Counted from the stretch's first letter, positions 1 to 10,400 are shown. The stretch: DNA of 64,000 bases from a candidate division WWE3 bacterium (GCA_013335095.1 JAAXWF010000001.1:292268-356267), one strand, 5' to 3'. A program made the numbers and translations. Notes: generated by a model from the letters alone, not told the origin.

Positions 1-24
1 TAAAGTCGAGCGACTAAATCGAGC

Positions 25-360
25 TCATCTGCTCGTCACACGACGAATTGAGCTCATTAACCGATCAGTAATTTGGTCTATTTTTTGATTAATGAGCTGA
101 GGCTTGGTAACAATCACAAAATCATATCCTGCAGGTATCTCTTCCAAATACTGAATAATTATATGCCGAAGTCGTCGTACAACCCGATTACGAATAACAG
201 CTCCACCGACTTTTTTGCTGGCGACAAATGCAAACCGAGAATGTTCGAGATTATTCGGGATCGCATTAACCACAAACCACGCATTATGTACAGGCGTTCC
301 AGCTCGATAAATGTATTTAATTCTTGAAGACTGCTTCAGACGGTGTAATTTAGATAACAC
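25..360 (-). CDS. rnpA: Ribonuclease P protein component
   Basis: RFAFVASKKVGGAVIRNRVVRRLR RNR motif; directly downstream of rpmH. Confidence 0.95.
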   Translation of the reverse strand: MLSKLHRLKQSSRIKYIYRAGTPVHNAWFVVNAIPNNLEHSRFAFVASKKVGGAVIRNRVVRRLRHIIIQYLEEIPAGYDFVIVTKPQLINQKIDQITDRLMSSIRRVTSR

Positions 361-363
361 AGA

Positions 364-534
364 TTATTTGACTCTTTTAGCAGAAACAGCGAGACGCTTA
401 CGCCCTGCCTTACGGCGATTAGCTATTACCGATCCAACTCGTTGTCCTGGTTTGCGCTTTCCTTTTGACATGCGAGATAAGAAACCGAGTTTGCGTCTGC
501 GGGTTCGTCCTGGTTGATTTGTCCTTTTACTCAT
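364..534 (-). CDS. rpmH: 50S ribosomal protein L34 (56 aa, below ORF-track cutoff)
   Basis: Manual translation MSKRTNQPGRTRRRKLGFLSRMS...VIAKRRKAGRKRLAVSAKRVK; upstream of rnpA. Confidence 0.93.
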   Translation of the reverse strand: MSKRTNQPGRTRRRKLGFLSRMSKGKRKPGQRVGSVIANRRKAGRKRLAVSAKRVK

Positions 535-661
535 GGCGATAGTTTACCATATCATTGCACCTTGTCCAATAACAACGCGTCTGTGTTAAAATGCACGGTT
601 GCCTGAAATATCAAGGTATCCCTTGCAGGGAGTATTCATATTCAGTTAATATAGTATTGTC

Positions 662-1147
662 ATGGCAAGAATGCATAAAATCCCACAAAATGTAACGACC
701 TACGAAGGAAAAGTAATTGGTCGATTTACGGCTAAACAGTTCATATTTCTTGCGATCGGCGCCATTGCTATATTTTTGGTCATTAGTATACCGCTCCCCA
801 AAGTAGTAAAGATTGTATTAGGCATTATTTTTGGTCTTATATCATTAATATTCGCACTGGCAAATTTTCAAGGAAGAACAACTGATGTTTGGATTAGCAG
901 TTTTCTCAAAGGAGTTAACAGCGCAACTCAGCTAATCTGGCGAAAATCTTACTATCCTCCAATGTACCTACTCCCCGATTATCACCCACCTAAAATGGAG
1001 CGAGGTCCACGCAAACGTTCGACTAATGAACTAGAACGATTTATCCAGTTGTATCAGCCGCCACCGGAAAGTTCCGATTACAGCCCCGAAGAAAATGAAG
1101 TACTACAAAGATTGCGCGAGATGAAAAAACAAGGAGGTACAGCATAA
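662..1147 (+). CDS. PrgI-family (VirB3-like) membrane protein
   Basis: IPQNVTTYEGKVIGRFTAKQF N-terminus, two TM helices, upstream of VirB4-like ATPase. Confidence 0.8.
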   Translation: MARMHKIPQNVTTYEGKVIGRFTAKQFIFLAIGAIAIFLVISIPLPKVVKIVLGIIFGLISLIFALANFQGRTTDVWISSFLKGVNSATQLIWRKSYYPPMYLLPDYHPPKMERGPRKRSTNELERFIQLYQPPPESSDYSPEENEVLQRLREMKKQGGTA

Positions 1148-1149
1148 CC

Positions 1150-2487
1150 ATGGATGACCAAATAAAGCCGACCCCACAACCAAACAGCACCGCTCATCAA
1201 CCGCCTCCGTCAAATAATATTGCATTTAGACCACTCGCTGGAGCGATAAACACGAATAATCAATCCAATTTAAACAAAAGTACCACCCCAGAGTCTTCAG
1301 CAACTCCGGATTCCCCTAATTTTGTTAAAGGCCATACGGTTATTCCGAGCAGTTCACCTCAAATAGTAACACCAGATCAATCTATCCCCCAAAAACAAAT
1401 ACCAACTACGCCCGAAGCCTCGCAGGTTCGGACTGCAAATCCACTTTTTATGTCCAATGAGCCAACAATACCCTACCAACAATCACAACCCACGATATCA
1501 CAGGCTGGGCCTGGACAACCGCAACCAGTACCAACCCAACCGATAGCTCAACAGGCACCCATTGCACAACCGCCGCAGCCGGCACCGATAATTGATCCCA
1601 CGATATTGCAAAAGAAGGCTGTGGAGAGCCAACAGTTAATGAATGCAGCGGCACAGATTGAACAAAAATTAGTCGAAAAACAAGAATTACTGACAAATTT
1701 GCAAAAGGAAAATCAACCACATAAAGACCAGCTACAAACGCTTAATACTGAATCAAAAACTATTGGCGCGGTCATACAGAATCTACGACAACAATTTAAC
1801 AATTTGGACGGAAATTCCCTGCATGTAGAAACAATGGATGAAATTCAAGAAAAAATCAAAGAAAAAGAACAGCAAAGTATCCAGCTCGAAAGCAAGATAA
1901 ATGCCCTTCATCAAAGCATATCGCAAGAACAGCAATTAACTAATGAAGTCGAAAACTATCGCCAACAAATACGTGAATTAGTTCAGCAGCAACAAAAGCT
2001 TCAAGATGTCATTAATGAAGAAGAACAAAAGCTAAATCAAATTACCCAGCAGCTAAACCAGCAAGTCCAAGAAACACAGAGTCGCGCTAATCAAATTAAG
2101 CAGTTGGAAGAATTCTTGAATGAAGCGATATTAAACACCGCACACACTCCTCCAACACCCGAAACAGTAAAGACAGCCCAATTTATGAATCCAAATGAAA
2201 TCCCAGTCTTAACTCAAAAGCCGAATGCAGTGAATGGTGTAGTTAAAGATCAAAATGGAAGACTATTACCTGACATGGTTGTTATGATTAAAGACGCTGC
2301 CAACCATAACTTGCGGGCAATGAAATCAAATAAATTGGGACAATTTGTTGTAACCACGCCTCTTGTCAATGGACAGTATTACATCGAAGTGTCGAAACCG
2401 GGATTTACCTTTGCAGTTGTAGAGGTTAAACTAGATGGTGGCATACTTCCACCTATTGAAGTAATCGGACATGAAACTACTACCTAA
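1150..2487 (+). CDS. Pro/Gln-rich coiled-coil protein with C-terminal carboxypeptidase-regulatory-like beta domain
   Basis: Low-complexity N-terminus, heptad Q/E/L segment, GVVKDQNGRLLPDMVVMIKD...GQYYIEVSKPGF. Confidence 0.6.
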   Translation: MDDQIKPTPQPNSTAHQPPPSNNIAFRPLAGAINTNNQSNLNKSTTPESSATPDSPNFVKGHTVIPSSSPQIVTPDQSIPQKQIPTTPEASQVRTANPLFMSNEPTIPYQQSQPTISQAGPGQPQPVPTQPIAQQAPIAQPPQPAPIIDPTILQKKAVESQQLMNAAAQIEQKLVEKQELLTNLQKENQPHKDQLQTLNTESKTIGAVIQNLRQQFNNLDGNSLHVETMDEIQEKIKEKEQQSIQLESKINALHQSISQEQQLTNEVENYRQQIRELVQQQQKLQDVINEEEQKLNQITQQLNQQVQETQSRANQIKQLEEFLNEAILNTAHTPPTPETVKTAQFMNPNEIPVLTQKPNAVNGVVKDQNGRLLPDMVVMIKDAANHNLRAMKSNKLGQFVVTTPLVNGQYYIEVSKPGFTFAVVEVKLDGGILPPIEVIGHETTT

Positions 2488-3208
2488 AAGCCAAGACTTT
2501 TTAGAAATAATTGATATTAAAGACGGAGTCCTTGTATTAAGCGGAGGTAAGTTCCGTGTGGTTATTGAAGCAACCGCAATCAACTTTGACCTCTTATCCG
2601 AAGATGAACAAAACGCAACTATATTTGCTTATTCTAACTTAGTAAACTCGCTCAACTACCCTATCCAGATTTTAGTCAGAACGCGTCAAGTCGATATCAC
2701 AAATTATTTGAGTTACCTCAAAAAGTATCTTCGGGATCAACCAACCGCAGCATTAAGAGAACAATTACAAGACTACATCGATTTTTGCCAACAGTTGGTT
2801 TTGGAAAATATCGTCTTACAGAAGCGATTCTTTGTTGTTATCCCCTATTGGCAATCATCAACAACAGGACCAAGCACGCCCCAAAAGAAAGCCAAATCCC
2901 CCGGGTTACTTGATGGACTTCCATTAATTGGCAAAAAATCCACCACGCAACCGTTGGTTGATGACACCATTTATTCAGAAGAAGCATTCAAAAAAGCGAA
3001 ACAAAGTTTGAATCAACGGTATGAAGAGGTTCGATGGCAGTTCAAACGTCTCGGGATACAAGTGCGTCTTTTAGGAACCGAAGAGCTAATTCGGTTATAT
3101 TATGAAATACTTAACCCCGAGACTGGTCAAAATAGAGGACTCAAAGACGATTTATATGGATATACCGTACCGATTGTTAACTCGGCACTCGATATCGGAG
3201 AATACTAA
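2471..3208 (+). CDS. TraC/VirB4 N-terminal-like conjugation-cluster protein
   Basis: INFDLLSEDEQ...LNYPIQILVR motif; overlaps both neighbours. Confidence 0.65.
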   Translation: MKLLPKSQDFLEIIDIKDGVLVLSGGKFRVVIEATAINFDLLSEDEQNATIFAYSNLVNSLNYPIQILVRTRQVDITNYLSYLKKYLRDQPTAALREQLQDYIDFCQQLVLENIVLQKRFFVVIPYWQSSTTGPSTPQKKAKSPGLLDGLPLIGKKSTTQPLVDDTIYSEEAFKKAKQSLNQRYEEVRWQFKRLGIQVRLLGTEELIRLYYEILNPETGQNRGLKDDLYGYTVPIVNSALDIGEY

Positions 3209-5454
3209 TGGATAAAATATTAAAACCGCTAAAAGATTTACTATCACCGAAAAAAAACGCCTCAAAAGCGGCTGCTCCAGCTGGCTCTGGGAATGGACCA
3301 AAACCAGCAGTACCAACTTCTGCATCTCTTAAACCAGGTGTGACACCTGCAGCTCCAAATACGCCAGAACTACCAACTCAAACCGATCAGGTTGATCGTC
3401 AACAAATAGTTAAACAAGCCCAATTATTTGCGCGTGGATTAATTGATATTAGAGACATTATCGCGCCAAGTGGTATTGAAGTTGATTTTAATGAGATTAG
3501 AATCGGATCGACCTATTACCGAACATATTTTATCGCAGGATATCCGCGAGAAGTCGGCCCCAACTGGCTTGCTCCGTTAATTAACTTTCCTCAAGCCCTC
3601 GACATTTCGATGTTTTATTACCCAATCGATGCTCGAGACGTGCTCAAAAATTTGCGTCGAAAAATTACCGAGATGCAGACCGAGCTAAACATAGAGTATA
3701 AAGAAGGACGTATTTTAGACCCCGAAGTTCAATTAGCTCTTCAGGACGCAAAATCGTTACAGGATGAGCTTGTTGCAGAGCGGGAACGATTCTTCCAGTT
3801 TGCCTTATACATAACAATACCTCACGAAGACGTAAAACAACTCCATCTTATTTGTAAGCAGGTCGAAAGCATATTAGCCGGTATCCTTCTACTGACTCGT
3901 AAAGCGACTTTACAGATGGACGACGGTTTTAGATCAACCTTACCAATTCATAACGATAAACTCCAGGTCTACCGCAACATGGATACGACATCGATAGCAA
4001 GTACGTTTCCCTTTACTTCAAGTAGTTTAACCAGTGATGAAGGTATCCTGTACGGTATCAATGAGCATAACGGAAGTTTAGTTGTATTTGACCGATTTAG
4101 GATGGAAAATGCAAATTCGGTAGTATTTGGAAAATCTGGTTCAGGTAAAAGTTACACGGTTAAACTTGAAGCAATCAGATACCTACTTCTAGGCACAGAA
4201 ATCATTGTTATTGACCCTGAACAGGAATTCAGAACCCTCAGCGATGTTATTGGTGGAGAGTATATTACCTATGACTTCACCTCAAAAACACGTATTAATC
4301 CATTTGATCTATCTCAAGTGTTTGAAGAAGGAGAAGATCAGCTTGAGACGAAGATCTTAGTTCTTCACTCACTCATGAAACTAATGCTTGGAGATATGAC
4401 CGCTAGCCAAGAAGCGGTGTTGGACCGAGCACTTTTGGAGACGTATCGATTAAAAGGAATATCATCAGATCCAAGCACCCAGCGAAAAGAACCACCACTT
4501 ATGGAAGATTTGTATAAGGTATTTCTTGGAATGGAAGATGAAGACGCCAAAGAACTCTCAAAACGATTGGAAAAATTCGTCATGGGATCGGCTAAAGGAC
4601 TCTTTGACCAGCCGACTAACATCGATATAAAAAATACATTTACCGTATTCGGTATTCGCGATCTAGAAGAAACAATCCGACCGATTGGTATGTTCTTAAT
4701 TCTTGATTATATCTGGACCAGAGTCCGTCGTGACCGACGCAAACGTCTACTCTTCGTCGATGAAGCGTGGATCATGATGAAGAATGCCGATTCTGCTAAC
4801 TTCATGCATTCCCTTGCAAAGCGAGCCCGAAAATATTACCTGGGAATAACCACGATCAGTCAGGATATTGAAGATTTCTTCAACCATGAAAAGGGTTTAG
4901 CAATCATTAAAAACAGTTCCATTCAGGTGCTCATGAAACAATCATCAAGTGCTATAGATAAACTGGCGGATGTCTTTATCCTATCTGAAGGTGAGCAAAA
5001 TCTACTCTTGTCGGCAAACGTTGGTGAAGGATTATTCTTCGCCGGACAAAATCACGTCGCGATACAGATGGTAGCCGGTCTCAAAGAACACGAATTAATA
5101 ACAACCAACCCAGCCGAATTACAACAAATCGAACGGATGAAACAACAACAAAACTCCGATGACCGTATCCGTAAGCTACAAGAACAGGGTCGGTTAACAT
5201 TCCAGACACCAACACAGCCGGATGCCCAACCAGCCGAACAACAAATGACGGATATGACATCGGCTCCAACTCCCGATGCATTAGATCAAAACGCCGGAAT
5301 GCCAGCATCTGATTCTTATGAGGCAGCTCCGACCCAGCAAACTGAAACAGAGATGTCACAAGGTGTTGAGATTACTGATTTCTCCCAAGGAGAGTCGACC
5401 CAACCGTCTCAACCCGAAGCAACGACGTTGCCCGATGATCCATCACAGGTCTAA
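3208..5454 (+). CDS. VirB4/TraE-like type IV secretion ATPase
   Basis: Walker A GKSGSGKS, IDPEQE, Walker B LFVDEAW, KRARKYYLG, SQDIEDF. Confidence 0.9.
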   Translation: MDKILKPLKDLLSPKKNASKAAAPAGSGNGPKPAVPTSASLKPGVTPAAPNTPELPTQTDQVDRQQIVKQAQLFARGLIDIRDIIAPSGIEVDFNEIRIGSTYYRTYFIAGYPREVGPNWLAPLINFPQALDISMFYYPIDARDVLKNLRRKITEMQTELNIEYKEGRILDPEVQLALQDAKSLQDELVAERERFFQFALYITIPHEDVKQLHLICKQVESILAGILLLTRKATLQMDDGFRSTLPIHNDKLQVYRNMDTTSIASTFPFTSSSLTSDEGILYGINEHNGSLVVFDRFRMENANSVVFGKSGSGKSYTVKLEAIRYLLLGTEIIVIDPEQEFRTLSDVIGGEYITYDFTSKTRINPFDLSQVFEEGEDQLETKILVLHSLMKLMLGDMTASQEAVLDRALLETYRLKGISSDPSTQRKEPPLMEDLYKVFLGMEDEDAKELSKRLEKFVMGSAKGLFDQPTNIDIKNTFTVFGIRDLEETIRPIGMFLILDYIWTRVRRDRRKRLLFVDEAWIMMKNADSANFMHSLAKRARKYYLGITTISQDIEDFFNHEKGLAIIKNSSIQVLMKQSSSAIDKLADVFILSEGEQNLLLSANVGEGLFFAGQNHVAIQMVAGLKEHELITTNPAELQQIERMKQQQNSDDRIRKLQEQGRLTFQTPTQPDAQPAEQQMTDMTSAPTPDALDQNAGMPASDSYEAAPTQQTETEMSQGVEITDFSQGESTQPSQPEATTLPDDPSQV

Positions 5455-5495
5455 AAATATTTCACACACAAAGAATCTATGTTATATTAATAAAT

Positions 5496-6197
5496 ATGAA
5501 CCAACGTGCTTTTATGGTCGTTGAAACAGGAATAGTAGCAGTTATTCTCCTGATTTTGGCGACAATATGGTTCGTTAGGTATAGTGCTCCGGTTCCGGTT
5601 TCACCATCGCAAGAGACGCCGCATCAATCGCCTACTCCTACCCTAACATCAATAATAACTAGCGCCCCAATACAAGAAGCCCAAACGCTAGATTTTCCTG
5701 AAAATTACCAATCGGCTTCTTGGACAGTGAATAACGTAGACGAGTTATCATTTCAGCTAAATTGCTTTGATACAAAAAGTCAAAAAATAGTTGATTGCAA
5801 TAGCCCTAAAAAAGGTGAAAAGATGTCAACAACGATTCCTAATATACCCAGCATTGAAGAGGCCCGAGACAAAATTGACAAGATTGGTGAATACTATGTT
5901 TCCGAGTTAACAAAACAAGGCTGGAATCATTACCTGTCTTTTAACGACGTCGATGTTTCATTACCTAATGGCGATGGACCAGCCGCGACAGCGTGGGGAA
6001 TGTTGGGCTACAAAGAACATACAGTGCGTTCTGCGTTCTTCTCGCAAAGCATTGAAGGAATAAGTTGGAATGAAGAAACCCTGGAGCCGATTTGTCCATG
6101 TACCGTTAAAGTTGACATTGAACTTAGTGAAAAAGCCCCCTTTTCACTCCCCCCTATTAGTATGAACAAATTCCCGCAAACATTTTCCGCACGATGA
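5496..6197 (+). CDS. Membrane-anchored extracellular hypothetical protein
   Basis: N-terminal TM helix, Pro/Thr linker, paired Cys; -10 TATATT 7 nt before ATG. Confidence 0.65.
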   Translation: MNQRAFMVVETGIVAVILLILATIWFVRYSAPVPVSPSQETPHQSPTPTLTSIITSAPIQEAQTLDFPENYQSASWTVNNVDELSFQLNCFDTKSQKIVDCNSPKKGEKMSTTIPNIPSIEEARDKIDKIGEYYVSELTKQGWNHYLSFNDVDVSLPNGDGPAATAWGMLGYKEHTVRSAFFSQSIEGISWNEETLEPICPCTVKVDIELSEKAPFSLPPISMNKFPQTFSAR

Positions 6198-7341
6198 ACA
6201 GGCTTCATGACAGCCTATATATCATTAATCGATACGTTAACCGCACAAATACCCGCATTATTTTCCCGCAATAACCGCATGTTACAGTACATTTAATTCC
6301 CGCAAATCAATTCGGGAATCATTCGGGAAATATTCGGGAATCATGTGGTCATTTACCGCTGCGGTAATAAATGTCTGATATGGTGCAATTTCTTGCGAAA
6401 GAACCGCCCGATTTGATTCATCTAACTCTGAAAAAACATCATCAAGAAGCAATATCGGACTATTACCAGTACTCTCAGACAAGATATCCCTCTCCCCCAT
6501 TTTTAACCGCATCATCGCCACCCTTTGTTGCCCACGAGATCCATAAATTCCCGCATCTTTCCATCCTTCAGGAGACGATTGATCAGCTATAAATACCGAA
6601 AAATCATCCCGTTGATTCCCTGTTAAGGTGAATTTTAATAACCTCTCTTTTTCCCGCAATCCCCGCATTTTTTCCCGCAATAATTCCCGCACATTTACCG
6701 AATTATTCTCCGCATTTATTTCCGCAAGATTCCCGCGCAATTCCCGCGGACTTGGTAAATAATTAATTTTGACGTCATATGGGGACAAAAGCCCATTTAA
6801 CCGATCAATTACCGCATTCCTGCGGGAATAAATTACCGCACCTTTTTCACTCATTCGGTCCTCAATAACCTCAAGAACATCCAGATTACCGCTTAATTCC
6901 CGCAGCAAGGCATTCCGCTGATGCAATAACTTTTGATACGTAATTAAATCTGCCAGATATTCAATATCATACTGCCCAATCAATCGATCTAAAAAATTAC
7001 GTCGTATGGCTGGAGAACCCGTCAGTAAATACAAATCGGTCGGTTGAAAATAGACAACACTAAAGTGACCGAAATAACGGCGAAAATCTACTTTTTTACG
7101 ATTAACAAAGAATGTTTTTCTAGTTAACTGAACAGCGACTGACAAAACAAAGTCACTAACGCTCCCCTCTATACGTGCATATGGTTGTTGCCACTGAATT
7201 AATTCCCGCATATGAGAAGTACGCGGAGAACTCCCCGTAGCAAGAAGGTAAATAGCCTCTAAAAGGTTACTTTTCCCGAAACCGTTCCGTTCAATAATGA
7301 CATTCGTAGTGGGATGAAAATTATTAAGGGTAATGCGGGAA
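6171..7341. repeat. Cluster of TTCCCGCA/TGCGGGAA motifs over recF
   Basis: 11 exact copies counted (6171,6263,6297,6548,6651,6672,6684,6821rc,6897,7203,7334rc) plus TTACCGCA, TTCCCGCG and TTCGGGAA variants. Confidence 0.85.
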
Positions 7342-7379
7342 ATATTGCGGTAATTCTCTAAAATCAAATCTGTAAGCAT
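6282..7379 (-). CDS. recF: DNA replication/repair protein RecF
   Basis: NGFGKSNLLEAIY, GSPAIRRNFLD, GSRGQQR, LLLDDVFSELD. Confidence 0.95.
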   Translation of the reverse strand: MLTDLILENYRNISRITLNNFHPTTNVIIERNGFGKSNLLEAIYLLATGSSPRTSHMRELIQWQQPYARIEGSVSDFVLSVAVQLTRKTFFVNRKKVDFRRYFGHFSVVYFQPTDLYLLTGSPAIRRNFLDRLIGQYDIEYLADLITYQKLLHQRNALLRELSGNLDVLEVIEDRMSEKGAVIYSRRNAVIDRLNGLLSPYDVKINYLPSPRELRGNLAEINAENNSVNVRELLREKMRGLREKERLLKFTLTGNQRDDFSVFIADQSSPEGWKDAGIYGSRGQQRVAMMRLKMGERDILSESTGNSPILLLDDVFSELDESNRAVLSQEIAPYQTFITAAVNDHMIPEYFPNDSRIDLRELNVL

Positions 7380-7384
7380 ATCAA

Positions 7385-8989
7385 TTACCGCTTTCTCGCA
7401 TACGCACCATTAATCCAACCTTGTTTTCCATCTTGCATTAAGATCAAAATATACCCGTTTTCCTCTCTAATCCAACCAAACTTGTCACCAGGAAATACTG
7501 TTGTAACAAGAGGTGCATTAAGGCCAGCACCTTCTCGGACATTTAAAAATCCTGTTGGTGTGTCTAGTATTGTTAACATATTAGTCTGCTCTCCAACGAC
7601 GTTCACCGATAAAGATATTCCGGAATCGGGAATAACATTCCCCTTTTCATCGCGTAATACAAACCTTTCATTAATCGTATCGGTATAAATAGGAGCTTTA
7701 AAATAAAATTGGAAGGTCGCGATAGAGCCCGGAAGCACCTGATCTTCAACAAAAGTTCCGACTTCATGGGGAGACCTCCAGCTCTCAGGATCATATAAAT
7801 ATGACTGTTCTCCCGTATCCGACGTGGTAAGTATCAACCGATGACTTCCCGACTTTTGCCATACAAATCCACTCATATTCTGCCATTTTAGTTCAGCTTT
7901 TCGCCGCTCCCCTGTCGAATAAGTCAGATTACTAAGTTGAGTTATTGATCTTGCATTTATCTGAGGATCCTTCCCAAGCTGAGAACGAAGCAGAGCAATA
8001 CTATGGCGAACCGCATCATTTAATGGCTTATCTTCGGAATTAACGACCAAAACAGGTGCAACATTGGCCTTATAACCAAGCTCCAAAAATTGAGAAAAAT
8101 CAAAATCAAAGATTCCCAACCCTTCATAAACCCGCCCCTTCTCATCAATTAAATAGGCAAACGGTAATCCAGTTGTCTTATATGTCGTTTCCATTAACGA
8201 TTCATATTCCCGCAAAAAATCCGGAAATAAATCGACATCGTTGTTTAACACCGAACCTTCGAGAGGAATACTCCAAACATCTAAAGAGTTCCAAGGTTTT
8301 ACGATCAATTTAAGATTATTCATAACCACCGATCCGCCCCCCCATTGTGCCCGAGACATTACGGTAAGGTCTCCATTGTCAGAGCCGGTATCTTCAACGT
8401 CCAATTTTTCGAGCTGATTTGTAAGTGAAGGAAGTAAGTCAACATTAATAGTGGTAAGTCGATCATTGGCAAAATCGAATTCGATAGTCTTATCCTGATA
8501 TCCTGGACGTTTAATCAGTATGGCGTGATGACCTGGGGCAACATCTTCTAAGGACAAGGGAGTAGATCCGACATCGGTGCCATCTAACGATATATTCGCA
8601 TTTGCCGGACGAGTTGCGATAACCACTTTACTTGAACCAGAAAATAATACGTGTGCAGGTTCGACACTTAATGAATATCCATAGGCAAACTTTTTATCAC
8701 CGGATATTTGACGTGAAATAATGCTTTCATTTCCAGAACCGATCGAAATTTTCTCTTTCCAAATATCTCCAATTTCGACAAGTTGCTTTCCTGCACTAAC
8801 TTCGACCGATTTCAACGGCGTATTCCCAACAATAACACCATTCACTTTTACTTCTTGAGAATCCATAGTTACATCAACCGAGAGAGTACCTTTTTCAGAA
8901 GTGGATGGACCATTAAAATAACCGAGCGCAAACCAAACGCCTACGATAACAGATACAATCAGAATAAATATTACGATGATACGGCTCAT
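7385..8989 (-). CDS. Membrane-anchored PEGA + degenerate amidase/PGRP-like + Ig-like + SH3b protein
   Basis: VGNTPL and VGSTPL PEGA repeats; VMSRAQWGG and YLIDEKGRVYEGLG; LNVREGAG...GWING. Confidence 0.7.
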   Translation of the reverse strand: MSRIIVIFILIVSVIVGVWFALGYFNGPSTSEKGTLSVDVTMDSQEVKVNGVIVGNTPLKSVEVSAGKQLVEIGDIWKEKISIGSGNESIISRQISGDKKFAYGYSLSVEPAHVLFSGSSKVVIATRPANANISLDGTDVGSTPLSLEDVAPGHHAILIKRPGYQDKTIEFDFANDRLTTINVDLLPSLTNQLEKLDVEDTGSDNGDLTVMSRAQWGGGSVVMNNLKLIVKPWNSLDVWSIPLEGSVLNNDVDLFPDFLREYESLMETTYKTTGLPFAYLIDEKGRVYEGLGIFDFDFSQFLELGYKANVAPVLVVNSEDKPLNDAVRHSIALLRSQLGKDPQINARSITQLSNLTYSTGERRKAELKWQNMSGFVWQKSGSHRLILTTSDTGEQSYLYDPESWRSPHEVGTFVEDQVLPGSIATFQFYFKAPIYTDTINERFVLRDEKGNVIPDSGISLSVNVVGEQTNMLTILDTPTGFLNVREGAGLNAPLVTTVFPGDKFGWIREENGYILILMQDGKQGWINGAYARKR

Positions 8990-10125
8990 GCATTTGTCTC
9001 ATTGAGAGTCATCGGCATAACAATATGTTGATAATCGTGGCGATCATCAATCGCTTCAAGTAGTACGGGCGTACTCATACCGCTAATTTTAAGACGAATC
9101 TGTTCAGCATCAATCGATGAAACACCTTCTAATAAATAACGTGAATTAAATCCGAGTTGGATTGATTCGCCTTCAAGTACTCCGGTAATTTTACCGGTAT
9201 GACTTCCGACCTCTGAACTACGAGCGCTCAATTGCATAGTCTGAGTCTCTTTATCAAATTTTACCGTGATCGCTTGTCCTTCGCGAGAGGCAAACAGTGA
9301 TGTAGCTCGTATAGCTTCAATAAACTGTGATCGATTAAATGTTCCAGTCGTTACAAATTGCGTAGGGAATATTCGCTGATACGGAGGATATTCGGCTTCA
9401 AGAAGACGTGAGATAATCTCGACCTCACCATATTGGAAAAAGATTTGACTATCTTCTCGACTAAAAAATACCCCAACATTATCGGCACTCGTACTTGAAT
9501 CAGCTATCAGGTGATCAACCTCAGCCAGTGCTTGAGCAGGAACGATAATAGATCCATTCATCGCCGCATTGGTCGGTAATTTATATATAGACAAACGAAA
9601 ACTATCTGTCGCGACAACCGAAAGCATGCCCTCTTCAGCCTGAGTTAGTAGCGCACCAGTTAAAACAGGATGAGTCTCTCCTCCGGCAGCTGCAAAGCAC
9701 ACCTTTTTAACCATCCGACGAAATAGTTGAGGATCAAAACTCATATGGTTAGTTTGATTTTGACGACTTGGAAGCTCTGGAAAGTCCGTTGGTGGCATAG
9801 TTACGAACGTTGCTTGATTACTATTTGATTCAACAACTAATTGACGAAGATCACTATGCAACGTGAGTGTTTCGTCAGATAAGAGAGAGAGGAATTCACT
9901 GAATTTTTTTGCAGGTATAGTTATTTGTCCTGGTTCTTCGACTTTTGCCGCTATGGTTAATCGAATTGATAATTCAAGATTTGAAGATTCTATCTTTAAC
10001 AGGTTATCGGGAGTAGCGGTGAGCAGTAAGTTTGAAAGAATCGGTAAATTAGACTTAGTCGTGACTATCTTGGCGGCAAACAATGATCCTTTGTACAAAC
10101 GCTCACGAATTACGCTTAATCTCAT
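8986..10125 (-). CDS. dnaN: DNA polymerase III beta sliding clamp
   Basis: LPILSNLL, VATDSFRL, SRLLEAEYPPY, FNSRYLLE, IVMPM; start taken at MRLSV. Confidence 0.96.
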   Translation of the reverse strand: MRLSVIRERLYKGSLFAAKIVTTKSNLPILSNLLLTATPDNLLKIESSNLELSIRLTIAAKVEEPGQITIPAKKFSEFLSLLSDETLTLHSDLRQLVVESNSNQATFVTMPPTDFPELPSRQNQTNHMSFDPQLFRRMVKKVCFAAAGGETHPVLTGALLTQAEEGMLSVVATDSFRLSIYKLPTNAAMNGSIIVPAQALAEVDHLIADSSTSADNVGVFFSREDSQIFFQYGEVEIISRLLEAEYPPYQRIFPTQFVTTGTFNRSQFIEAIRATSLFASREGQAITVKFDKETQTMQLSARSSEVGSHTGKITGVLEGESIQLGFNSRYLLEGVSSIDAEQIRLKISGMSTPVLLEAIDDRHDYQHIVMPMTLNETNA

Positions 10126-10164
10126 AGTCAATACTTTAACATACACATTCTTTAGTAGCAATTA

Positions 10165-10400
10165 TAGGGGACGTGGATTAGTGGAAAACTACGTTACGCT
10201 ATGTTGATATACGCAAAGTGTTGTGGAAACTGTCGGGAAGAGTTTGGGATAGATTGTGGATTATTCACAATCTATAAATATTTATCCACAAAATAAAAAT
10301 ATAATCTACAAACTATCCACAAAATATAAAAAGTTATCCACAATTACAAACTTTGAGATACATTTATTAAAATTACGCCTATGAAATTATTATCCTAAAG
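10165..10400. other. Probable oriC (DnaA-box cluster and AT-rich tract between dnaA and dnaN)
   Basis: TTATCCACA at 10282 and 10334; near-matches at 10255, 10261, 10313; TGTGGATAA at 11922 upstream of dnaA. Confidence 0.8.

Noticed and set aside
6171-7341. CRISPR array or tandem repeat
   Set aside because: Motif is 8-10 nt, irregularly spaced, within a CDS; no cas genes in the window
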